In this document: in pieces, positions 1-8,066 of the stretch
Position numbering within the stretch: position 1 is the first letter of the stretch
How the letters are laid out: each line of letters starts with the position of its first letter
The notes under the pieces: generated by a model
Told to the model about the DNA's origin: nothing
Seen by the model: only the letters and a program-made list of their open reading frames with translations
The model's database searches: none
Program-made: the position numbers and the translations under genes
Origin: Gemmatimonadales bacterium
Lineage (GTDB): Bacteria > Gemmatimonadota > Gemmatimonadetes > Gemmatimonadales > GWC2-71-9
Length of the DNA stretch: 30,984 bases
Assembly: GCA_041615815.1 (NCBI GenBank)
Contig: JBFJCP010000040.1
Span: 1-30,984 of the forward strand
Direction of reading: 5' to 3'

Positions 1-516
1 ACCCCGGCGCTTCAGCAGGGCCTGGAGAAGATCGAACTCCTTGGGTGTGAGCGACACCTCGTGCCCGTCTCGCTGTACCGTGCGGGACGCGAGGTTCACG
101 TGTATGGCGTCTCCAATCCGCTCTACCGCCGTGTGGGCCCCATTTCCGCCCATGCCCGCCCGGCGGAGCAGTGCGCGGACCCGCGCCAGTAACTCCAAAA
201 GCCCAAACGGCTTCGTCACATAGTCGTCGGCCCCGGTCGTGAAGCCGAGAACCTTATCCGCCTCTTCGCTCCGTGCTGTGAGGATCAACACCGGAACCTC
301 CGACCCCCCTTCGCGCAGCGAGCGGAGCACACGGTAGCCGTCCATTCCCGGCAGCATGAGATCGAGAATGATGAGGTCCGGTCTGAATCGACGAGCCTCG
401 CTCAGTCCCATTGGGCCATCCTCCGCCACTCCCACTTCGTACCCCTCGACCTCCAACGCCGTCTGCAGTCCGAATGCGAGGTCTGGGTTGTCCTCGACAA
501 CGAGAATCCGATTCAT
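1..516 (-). CDS. OmpR/PhoB-family response regulator (partial; runs off the window's left edge)
   Basis: Not in the ORF track; translated by hand from ATG at 516: MNRILVVEDNPDLAFGLQTALEVEGYEV...PDLIILDLMLPGMDG...PVLILTARSEEADKVLGFTTGADDYVTKPF...LTPKEFDLLQALL. This gives a complete receiver motif set plus the start of the winged helix. The start overlaps the kinase stop (ATGA) and is preceded by AGGAGG. Confidence 0.95.
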   Translation of the reverse strand, partial: MNRILVVEDNPDLAFGLQTALEVEGYEVGVAEDGPMGLSEARRFRPDLIILDLMLPGMDGYRVLRSLREGGSEVPVLILTARSEEADKVLGFTTGADDYVTKPFGLLELLARVRALLRRAGMGGNGAHTAVERIGDAIHVNLASRTVQRDGHEVSLTPKEFDLLQALLKRRG

Positions 517-2216
517 ACGCGCACCTCCTGCTCGTGCGCTGGACTGGGGCCGGCGCGCGTCGCGTCCTCCGGCCCTCGGCGACGTGCTCCGGGAATCTCC
601 AGGATGAACCGCGTCCCGCCCCCCGGGCGCTCTTCGATCCGGGCGGATCCCCCATGCATCTCCGTGAGCTCGCGAACCACCGCCAGGCCGATGCCGCTGC
701 CGCCCACCGCCGCATTGACGTCGCGTTCGAGCCGTCGATAGGGATCCCACACCCGCTGGCGCTCGTCCGGAGGAATCCCTGGTCCTTGATCGGCCACCAC
801 GATGCGAACGCGGTCCTCTATCAATTGCACGCGGAGCGTCACCGTCTGTCCCACAGGCCCGTACTTGACCGCGTTGTCCAGCAGGTTGAGCACCACCTGG
901 CCCAACGCTCCCCCATCTACACAGGCGATAATGCCGTCGTCGACCTCGCTCACGAGCTCGACCTTCCGTGCGCTGGCAAGTGGTCGGAACCCCTCGACGA
1001 TCTCGTCCAAATAGGGTCCGAGATCGATCTCTTCTCGGGACAGACGTGCTGTTCCGCGACGGACCCGCGAGAAATGGAGTACGTTCTCGACGAGGTTGGT
1101 GAGGCGCCGAGCCTCCTGGTCGATGATGCGGGTGGAGCGCGCCCGTTCTTCCTCGGTGCGGAGTTTTCCGGCGTCCAGCAGTTCGGCGAACATGCGAATC
1201 TGCGCCAACGGGGTGCGGAGTTCGTGCGACACCCCGGACACGAAGTCGTCCCGGAGCCGGGCCAGCTCTCGCTCACGCCGGAGTTGCACCAAGCTGGCGA
1301 CCCCGACGCCGGCGGTGAGGAGAAGGAGCACGATCAACAGAGGCACGCGTGAGCGCGGAAGTCCACCGATGACGAGCTCCGTGGCTGCCTCGGGTCGGAG
1401 CGCTGCCCGAGCCACGATCCCGCCGTAGCGTTGGCCCAGGGTGTCTTCGGCCGCGAACGTTCCCGCGTGGGGCGCGCCGGACCGATAGAGGGAGCGCCCA
1501 TCACGCGTGACGACGGTGATGAACAGGAGCGAGTCGTTGGGCTGGGCCTTGGCGATGGTGGGCGGCAACAGCGGTCCTTCGTCGCCGCACTTCTCGAATA
1601 CGTTGTTGAATCCCGCGAACTCGGCGTGGAAGCCATACGCCGCTCGCGGCTTGCCGTCGGAACCAGGGAGCAGGGTGTAGGCAACGATATCCGACCGCTC
1701 GGCGAGCGGGCCTGCGAGGATCGAGAAGTTCCATCGCTCCACGGCCCCCTGTCTCGCCGCCAGGGTCGTGATGGTGTCCGCCAGCCACGACGTGAACCAA
1801 TCGGGGCGGTCAGTGCTCGTGATATCGACGGAACGATCTTCGAGATCGATGCGGAAGTAAAACCTCACCGTCGTGGCTTGCGGACAGACCTCACAGGTCC
1901 AGGTCTTCGCCTTCTCGGCGACGAAGGCCGGCGACGGAATCGCCTCGCCGGGTCTTGGGGTGGGGATCTTTTCGTGGACGGGCCAGAGTTGTTGCTCGAT
2001 CAGCTTCTGGAGATTCAGGCGCGCCCGTCGGGAAAACTCCCAGGCCGCGATGGCGGCGTAGTCCTTGAGCGTGCTCTCCGCCGTGGCGCGGTGTGATCGG
2101 TACGCGTCGGCGGCTTGATAGGCGAGCGCGGCGGAGAGGCTGAGCGTAGCCAGCAGCAAGACGACCAGCAACGTGCCCCGTGTCTGGGCCGGATGTTTCG
2201 GTCTCGGCAAACCCAT
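513..2216 (-). CDS. Membrane-bound sensor histidine kinase (HisKA + HATPase_c)
   Basis: Two hydrophobic segments flank a large extracytoplasmic domain. H-box FVSGVSHELRTPL, N-box NLLDNAVKY, D-box VADQGPGI, G2 box GSGIGLAVV. Confidence 0.95.
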   Translation of the reverse strand: MGLPRPKHPAQTRGTLLVVLLLATLSLSAALAYQAADAYRSHRATAESTLKDYAAIAAWEFSRRARLNLQKLIEQQLWPVHEKIPTPRPGEAIPSPAFVAEKAKTWTCEVCPQATTVRFYFRIDLEDRSVDITSTDRPDWFTSWLADTITTLAARQGAVERWNFSILAGPLAERSDIVAYTLLPGSDGKPRAAYGFHAEFAGFNNVFEKCGDEGPLLPPTIAKAQPNDSLLFITVVTRDGRSLYRSGAPHAGTFAAEDTLGQRYGGIVARAALRPEAATELVIGGLPRSRVPLLIVLLLLTAGVGVASLVQLRRERELARLRDDFVSGVSHELRTPLAQIRMFAELLDAGKLRTEEERARSTRIIDQEARRLTNLVENVLHFSRVRRGTARLSREEIDLGPYLDEIVEGFRPLASARKVELVSEVDDGIIACVDGGALGQVVLNLLDNAVKYGPVGQTVTLRVQLIEDRVRIVVADQGPGIPPDERQRVWDPYRRLERDVNAAVGGSGIGLAVVRELTEMHGGSARIEERPGGGTRFILEIPGARRRGPEDATRAGPSPAHEQEVRV

Positions 2217-2367
2217 ACCCCTACGTCGTGGAACCGCGATCGACGGAGTCCAGCGTCAGCCCGGTGGCCCCGGGCCGGCGCTGGCGCCCAGGCTGCGGGA
2301 CGCTTTCGAGAGTAACGAAGGTGGAAAAGAGGAGCAAGCGGGTCGCGTAGCGAGGCCGTACGAGTTT

Positions 2368-2384
2368 TGTAAGGAAGCTGTAAA
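2368..2384. promoter_or_regulatory. Candidate OmpR-family direct-repeat binding site
   Basis: TGTAAG-N5-TGTAAA (11-bp period) in an AT-rich patch of the divergent kinase/ferritin intergenic region. Confidence 0.45.
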
Positions 2385-2633
2385 GCAATGATTTTTGGGA
2401 GCTTAGGGTGCGCCCCATTGGCCCGGAGCGAGTGGAGGTGACCATCCCGGCTGGGTGGTGACGGATGGCCGCGCCCGAGCGCCCCGTGGCTCTGGTGCCG
2501 GCTCCGCGTCGAGGTCGGGTGGGGTATCTCCTCGCCGCTGTGGTGCGCGCTGGTCGTGCCGCGGTTCTGCGTCTAGATTCCGACCCATCACCCCATTCAT
2601 CGCATTCCCACGATCGAGTTCGCGGAGCGACGC

Positions 2634-3134
2634 ATGCACAGCAAGGCGGTAGAAGCAGGCATCAACGACCAGATCGCCAAAGAGTTCTACTCTGCCTACC
2701 TCTATCTCTCGATGTCTGCCTTCTTCGAGGCCAAGAGCTTTCCCGGAATCGCCCACTGGATGCGGATGCAGTACCAGGAAGAGATCTCGCATGCCGAGCG
2801 GCTGTTCAATTTTCTCGTCAATAACGGAGGTCGCGTGGTGTTGAAAGCCATCGATGAGCCTCCGTCCAGTTTTCGCGGCCCGTCCGAGGGCATGCAGCAA
2901 GCCCTGGATCACGAACGGGAGGTGACGGCCGCCATCCACGAGCTCTACGAGCTGGCAGTCAAGGAGAAGGACTATGCAACACAGCTCGAGCTGCAGTGGT
3001 TCATTGCGGAGCAAGTGGAAGAAGAACGGACCGTCAGCGACATCATCGCCCAGCTCACCATGGCTGGAGATAGTGCTCCCGCGCTTCTCATGATTGATCG
3101 ACAGCTCGCGAGCAGAGCCGGGGCGAAGTCCTGA
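2634..3134 (+). CDS. ftnA: Ferritin (non-heme, prokaryotic)
   Basis: INDQIAKEFYSAYLYLSMS, QYQEEISHA, ALDHEREVT and LQWFIAEQVEEE carry the ferroxidase-centre residues; 166 aa; GGAG upstream. Confidence 0.93.
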   Translation: MHSKAVEAGINDQIAKEFYSAYLYLSMSAFFEAKSFPGIAHWMRMQYQEEISHAERLFNFLVNNGGRVVLKAIDEPPSSFRGPSEGMQQALDHEREVTAAIHELYELAVKEKDYATQLELQWFIAEQVEEERTVSDIIAQLTMAGDSAPALLMIDRQLASRAGAKS

Positions 3135-3188
3135 CCACCGGATGCACGTGGGTGGAACACTGATGGCAACTCACATACCGAGGGTGAA

Positions 3189-6100
3189 TTGATGGATCCG
3201 AGACTCTACACCCTGACCATCATCGTCAGCGCGGCGTTAGCGCTGGGTGGGGTCAGCGAGATCGCGCACGCCCAAGCCCCCTCCCCGGATGCTAACACCG
3301 TCGTCGATCCGGCTCTCTACAAGGGGCTGCGCTACCGGATGGTGGGGCCGTCTCGGGGTGGTCGGGTGACGGCCGTCGCCGGGCACCGCGCCCATCCATC
3401 CACGTTTTACATGGGCTCCACCGGGGGCGGCGTGTGGAAGACGACGGACTACGGGATCACCTGGAAGCCTATCGCGGACCATGCCCTCGAGACGGGATCC
3501 ATCGGTGCCATTCGTGTCGCCGATTCCGATCCCGCGGTCATCTATGTGGGCACCGGCTCCGACGGCATACGATCGAACGTCGTCACGGGCCGCGGTGTCT
3601 ACAAGTCGACCGATGGTGGAGAAACCTGGACGTTCGCCGGGCTCAAGACCGTGGGACAAATCGGCGCCGTTCTCATCCACCCCACCAACCCCAGGTTGGT
3701 GTACGTGGCGGCGCAGGGGATGGCGTTTGGGCCCACGCCGGATCGCGGCGTGTACCGCAGCCGCGACGGCGGCGATTCCTGGGAAAAGGTGTTGTTCGTC
3801 TCTGACTCCACGGGGGCCGTGGACCTGGAGTTTGCGCCGGACAATCCTCAGACCATCTACGCCGCGATGTGGCGTGGGGAGCGCAAGCCGTGGACCATCA
3901 TCTCGGGTGCGCGTGAGGGTGGGATCTACAAGTCCACCGATGGGGGTGATACGTGGAAGAAGCTCACCAGCGGGCTTCCCGGCGGCCTGTTTGGCAAGAG
4001 CGACCTGGCGGTCTCACCCGCCGATCCCAACCGGGTGTACGCACTCATCGAGGCCCCGGAGCCCGCGGACGGGCTCTATCGCTCCGATGACCGCGGCGAA
4101 ACCTGGCGGCTCGTGTCCAGCCACAACCCGATCCTGAACCGACCCTTCTACTACACGAACGTGGATGCCGATCCCACGAACGCGGATCTGGTGTACGTCA
4201 ATAACGAGCGCTTTTACAAGTCCGTCGATGGTGGCGAGAACTGGGAAGTGCTGCGCACGCCGCACGGCGACAACCACGATATGTGGATCAATCCGGACAA
4301 CCCCGACGTCTATATCCAATCGAACGACGGCGGGGCCAACGTGACCTTGAATGGCGGGAAGTCGTGGTCGTCGCAGCACAATCAGCCCACAGCCGAGCTG
4401 TATCAGGTGGACGTGGACGATCAATTTCCTTACTGGGTCTATGCTGGTCAGCAAGACAATACGACGATCGCCGTGCCGAGCCGGCCGCCGTACGAGCCGC
4501 CTTCAGGTCCCGACGGGTACTGGATGGCCATCGGTGGCTGCGAGACGGGACCGGCGGTCCCGCAGCCTGGGAATCCCGACATCGTATTCTCGAACTGCAA
4601 AGGACGATTTGGCCGGTACAGCAAGCAGACCGGTCAGGAGCAGCAGTACTACGTGGGTGCCCAGAACATCTACGGGCACAATCCCAAGGATCTGATGTAT
4701 CGGTTCCAGCGCACCGTGCCGATCGAGGTATCTCCGCACGATCCCAACACGGTGTATCACGGATCCCAGTACGTCCATCGGACCCGTGATGGTGGCAAGA
4801 CCTGGCAACGCATCTCACCGGATCTGACGGCGTTCAAGCCGCAGTACCAGGTGGTGTCCGGAACGCCGATCACCCGTGACATCACCGGCGAGGAGCATTA
4901 CTCGACGCTCTACGTGATCGAGGAGTCTCCCCTGGAGCCCGGCGTCATTTGGGTAGGGGCGAACGACGGCCCCGTCCACGTCACCCGCGATGGGGGCGAG
5001 AACTGGACCGAGGTCACGCCACCGCAATTCCCGCCCGACGGTCGCGTGAACCGGATCGACCCGTCGCCCCACCGGCCGGGCAAAGCGTACGTGGCTGCTT
5101 ATCGATTCCAACTGGGCGATTGGCAGCCGTACATCTTCCGGACCATGGATTATGGCCAGACGTGGCAACGCTTGACGACGGGCACCAACGGTATCCCCGC
5201 GGATTACCCCACTCGGGCCGTGCGCGAGGATCCCGATCGCGAGGGGTTGCTCTACGCCGGCACGGAGTTCGGCATGTTCGTGTCGTTCGATGACGGTGCG
5301 CACTGGCAACGTCTCCAGCAGAATCTGCCGGCTACTCCCATCACTGACATCAAGGTGGTGCAGAAGGACCTCGCCGTCTCGACGATGGGGCGCTCCTTCT
5401 GGATTCTGGACGATGTGACGCCGCTGCATCAGGTCGATCGCCAGGTGGCGTCGTCAACAGCGCACCTCTTCAAGCCGCGAGAAGCGTACCGGATGCGGTA
5501 CAGGGTTGGGGGCTTTCGGGTGAACGCCCCCACGGATCCGGAGTATCCCCAGCCAGGGGCGATGATCTCCTATTGGCTGGCAGTGGAGCCGGCCGAGGCC
5601 TTGACCTTGGAGATTGTAGATACCCAGGGGAACGTCATCCGCCGATTCTCGAGCGACGGCCCCGGCGAGTCGACGCGGGTCACGCAAGGCATGCGCGCTC
5701 CGGAGCTCTTGCAGGCTGGCACCTCCAAACTCGCCAAGAGCGCGGGCATGCATCGGTTCATCTGGGATCTGCGCTACCCCGGTCCCTGGGACGCGGACGC
5801 TGAGGACGCTGGGCGCCGTGGTCCGGTTGCCGTTCCGGGCCGCTACCATGCGCGGCTCACCATGGGCAGGTGGACCTCCACGCAGCCGTTCGAGGTCATG
5901 GCGGATCCGCGGGTCACGGCGGACGGCGTGACCCTCGCAGATTTCCGCGAGCAGCTTGAGTTCAACCTCAAGGTCCGCGATGCGCTCAGCGAGGCCCGCA
6001 TGGCGCGCGGCCAAGTGGCGCAGGCCCTGGAGCGGGGAGGTGGCGATGCCGCGCAACGTCGGCTGCACGAGCTCGAGGCCACGCTCGCAACCGCATCGGC

Positions 6101-6287
6101 GAATGGTATTCGGTATCCCCAGCCCATGTTGATCGACCAGCTGCGGTACCTGTACAACATGACCTCGACGGCGGACCAAAGACCCGGTCGCGACGCGCAC
6201 GAGCGCTACGCCATGCTCCGGAGTGAGCTCGACGGGGTGCTCTCGGCGCTCAAGGACTTGCCTGGTATGGCCTCAGAGGGTCGGTAG
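3189..6287 (+). CDS. Secreted Asp-box/BNR-repeat beta-propeller protein (VPS10/sortilin-like, usually annotated as glycosyl hydrolase)
   Basis: Signal peptide ending AHA-Q. N-terminal LRYRMVGPSRGGRV. Many S/T-x-D-x-G-x-T/S-W repeats (KTTDYGITW, KSTDGGETW, RSRDGGDSW, RSDDRGETW, VSFDDGAHW). C-terminal FIWDLRY / PGRY segment and helical tail. Start is 3189 (TTG) or 3192 (ATG). Confidence 0.88.
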   Translation: MMDPRLYTLTIIVSAALALGGVSEIAHAQAPSPDANTVVDPALYKGLRYRMVGPSRGGRVTAVAGHRAHPSTFYMGSTGGGVWKTTDYGITWKPIADHALETGSIGAIRVADSDPAVIYVGTGSDGIRSNVVTGRGVYKSTDGGETWTFAGLKTVGQIGAVLIHPTNPRLVYVAAQGMAFGPTPDRGVYRSRDGGDSWEKVLFVSDSTGAVDLEFAPDNPQTIYAAMWRGERKPWTIISGAREGGIYKSTDGGDTWKKLTSGLPGGLFGKSDLAVSPADPNRVYALIEAPEPADGLYRSDDRGETWRLVSSHNPILNRPFYYTNVDADPTNADLVYVNNERFYKSVDGGENWEVLRTPHGDNHDMWINPDNPDVYIQSNDGGANVTLNGGKSWSSQHNQPTAELYQVDVDDQFPYWVYAGQQDNTTIAVPSRPPYEPPSGPDGYWMAIGGCETGPAVPQPGNPDIVFSNCKGRFGRYSKQTGQEQQYYVGAQNIYGHNPKDLMYRFQRTVPIEVSPHDPNTVYHGSQYVHRTRDGGKTWQRISPDLTAFKPQYQVVSGTPITRDITGEEHYSTLYVIEESPLEPGVIWVGANDGPVHVTRDGGENWTEVTPPQFPPDGRVNRIDPSPHRPGKAYVAAYRFQLGDWQPYIFRTMDYGQTWQRLTTGTNGIPADYPTRAVREDPDREGLLYAGTEFGMFVSFDDGAHWQRLQQNLPATPITDIKVVQKDLAVSTMGRSFWILDDVTPLHQVDRQVASSTAHLFKPREAYRMRYRVGGFRVNAPTDPEYPQPGAMISYWLAVEPAEALTLEIVDTQGNVIRRFSSDGPGESTRVTQGMRAPELLQAGTSKLAKSAGMHRFIWDLRYPGPWDADAEDAGRRGPVAVPGRYHARLTMGRWTSTQPFEVMADPRVTADGVTLADFREQLEFNLKVRDALSEARMARGQVAQALERGGGDAAQRRLHELEATLATASANGIRYPQPMLIDQLRYLYNMTSTADQRPGRDAHERYAMLRSELDGVLSALKDLPGMASEGR

Positions 6288-6293
6288 CTCCGG

Positions 6294-6375
6294 TTGGGGG
6301 TGGTCTCCGCCCCCAATGAGCTGGTTCCCGTTCACCGCGAGCGAACGCCGGATGCAGCGTGTTGCATCCGGCGTT
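6294..6375. terminator. Two hairpins between convergent genes (probable terminator)
   Basis: TTGGGGGTGG-TCT-CCGCCCCCAA at 6294-6316, and a perfect 13-bp stem AACGCCGGATGCA-N6-TGCATCCGGCGTT at 6344-6375. Confidence 0.6.
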
Positions 6376-6391
6376 TGGCGTTCTTACTACG

Positions 6392-6781
6392 CTACGTCTG
6401 TACTTCGCTCATGAGGGCAGCGGCATTGGATTCGGAGTCGCGGAAGAATGCCAGCCAGAGTTCGTGGTCGTCGGCGCGGTGCACGAGGGCTGGCGCCGCG
6501 TGAAACTCGACCCCGCGGTCTTCAAGGGCTCGATGGGTCGCCGCGATATCGTCCACTCGGTAGTAGATGATGGAAGCGGGATGGTCGAACTCTGCCGTTT
6601 CCGGCACGCCGAGCATGAGACGAACGGGCCCGCACTGGAAGAATGCCATGGTGGGCACCTGAAAGAGGAAGGGCATCCCCAGCACGTCACGATAGAACGC
6701 CACGGCCCGATCCAGGTCGTGGGCGGTGACCATGATTTGGCCGATCTCGGCAAGCTGAAGGGTGGGGGACGACGCTGCCAT
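6392..6781 (-). CDS. VOC (glyoxalase/bleomycin resistance) family protein
   Basis: IGQIMVTAHDLDRAVAFYRDVLG ... LWLAFFRDSESN; AGGAG upstream. Confidence 0.9.
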   Translation of the reverse strand: MAASSPTLQLAEIGQIMVTAHDLDRAVAFYRDVLGMPFLFQVPTMAFFQCGPVRLMLGVPETAEFDHPASIIYYRVDDIAATHRALEDRGVEFHAAPALVHRADDHELWLAFFRDSESNAAALMSEVQT

Positions 6782-6802
6782 GGGACGCTCCTAGAGGGAG
6801 AC

Positions 6803-6857
6803 TTGACGACCCCGAACCACGGATAATAAGTTAGTTAAGCTAACTAAATGATATCAT
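6803..6857. promoter_or_regulatory. Divergent promoter region with palindromic MarR-type operator
   Basis: TTAGTTA-AGC-TAACTAA inverted repeat at 6831-6847 and perfect palindrome ATGATATCAT at 6848-6857. TTGACG (6803-6808) lies 18 bp before TAAGTT. The region is an AT-rich island between the VOC and marR genes. Confidence 0.7.
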
Positions 6858-7404
6858 GGGTTCCAAAGCTCGTCAAGCCACGTTGACCGCTCGGCCCGCT
6901 CTGGTGGCCAATCGCCTCCACTCGGCGGCCATCCACCTGCTACGGCGGCTCCGCACCGAGGACGCCGCGGCGGGACTCTCTCCGTCGCGGCTCTCCGCCC
7001 TGTCCGTGGTCGTCTTTGGCGGTCCCGTCACCCTCGGGGACCTCGCCGCCGCCGAACAAGTCCGGCCGCCCACCATCACGCGACTGGTCCGTGAGTTGGA
7101 GCGCCAGGGACTCGTCTTCCGAGAGGCGGATCGTGAGGATCGGCGCGTGCAATGGATTCGTGCCACGCCCAAAGGCCAGCGACTGCTTCGTGAGGGTCGG
7201 GCCCGCCGCGTCCAAGTGCTCGCGGCGAGCGTCGCGGACCTCGCGCCCGAGGAGCAAAAGGCCCTCGCCCGCGCGGTCCCCGTGCTCGAGCGTCTGACCG
7301 TTCCGCCATCCCGGCCCCGCCCGCGCGAACGACTTGGTGGCGTCCCACGCACAGCAACGCGGAGCACGGCAAAACAAAATCGGGGACCACGACCCCAGTC
7401 GTGA
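6856..7404 (+). CDS. MarR family transcriptional regulator
   Basis: LSPSRLSALSVV..GPVTLGDLAAAEQVRPPTITRLVRELERQGLVFR..DREDRRVQWIRATPKG winged helix; low-complexity basic C-terminal tail. Confidence 0.92.
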   Translation: MGSKARQATLTARPALVANRLHSAAIHLLRRLRTEDAAAGLSPSRLSALSVVVFGGPVTLGDLAAAEQVRPPTITRLVRELERQGLVFREADREDRRVQWIRATPKGQRLLREGRARRVQVLAASVADLAPEEQKALARAVPVLERLTVPPSRPRPRERLGGVPRTATRSTAKQNRGPRPQS

Positions 7405-7432
7405 CCCCCGATGGTGCTCGTTCCAATCCGTG

Positions 7433-8038
7433 CTATTCGGTTGTTCGCACGGCGCAGAAATACCCCTTCGCCTCCGGCGCACCGACCCCGCTCGCCCACG
7501 TACCCACAAAGCCCGCCGCATCGCTGGCGTGGACATACAGGGCGGTGAATGCGCCGTCGAACCGTACCACGTCTCGGCGGTTCGCCTCCGATCCGAATCG
7601 GAGCGTCAAGTCTGTCTGCGTCGTATCGGTGCCCCGCAGGACGTGTCGCTCGAGTAGCGCGACACCCGGAGACCGCGGATCCGGAGACGCCAAATCGCCC
7701 ACGAGGGTCGCCCCCACCTGCGCCAGGTCGACGTCGGCAGTGCCGATGAGCGGCATCGTTGCGTCGGGACGGTGGGTTGCACCGGTGCCCATGGGCCGCA
7801 TCGCCGCCGCGTTGGGGATCAACGCCAGCTCGCCACGAACCGCCTCCCCGGCGCGCGATCCCTCGGTGGCCACCAGTGTCAACCGATACGCCCCAGCCAA
7901 GTCGTCTGCGCGCATCCCCGCCCGGAGTTGATGCTCCGTCACGGGCGCGCAGGCTACCTGGACCGCCGCCTGCCCGCCGCGATGGCCCGCGCAGCCGCGC
8001 AGCACGAGGACGAGCGCCACGAGCCCCAAGATACGCAT
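7433..8038 (-). CDS. Hypothetical lipoprotein
   Basis: From ATG 8038: MRILGLVALVLVLRGC, a lipobox-like signal. Beta-rich body with one Cys near each end. Starts 28 nt after the peptidase stop. The ORF track start (8083) is probably too long. Confidence 0.65.
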   Translation of the reverse strand: MRILGLVALVLVLRGCAGHRGGQAAVQVACAPVTEHQLRAGMRADDLAGAYRLTLVATEGSRAGEAVRGELALIPNAAAMRPMGTGATHRPDATMPLIGTADVDLAQVGATLVGDLASPDPRSPGVALLERHVLRGTDTTQTDLTLRFGSEANRRDVVRFDGAFTALYVHASDAAGFVGTWASGVGAPEAKGYFCAVRTTE

Positions 8039-8066
8039 GGTGGGGACGCCACCATGAACCATCATG

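Noticed and set aside
2360..2390. GTAAGGAAGC resembling the SRP RNA domain IV loop
   Set aside because: Lacks the upstream CAGG and a stable helix; better explained as a direct-repeat protein-binding site.
2221..2445. 74-aa minus-strand ORF upstream of the kinase
   Set aside because: No RBS, no motif, and it runs through the AT-rich regulatory patch.
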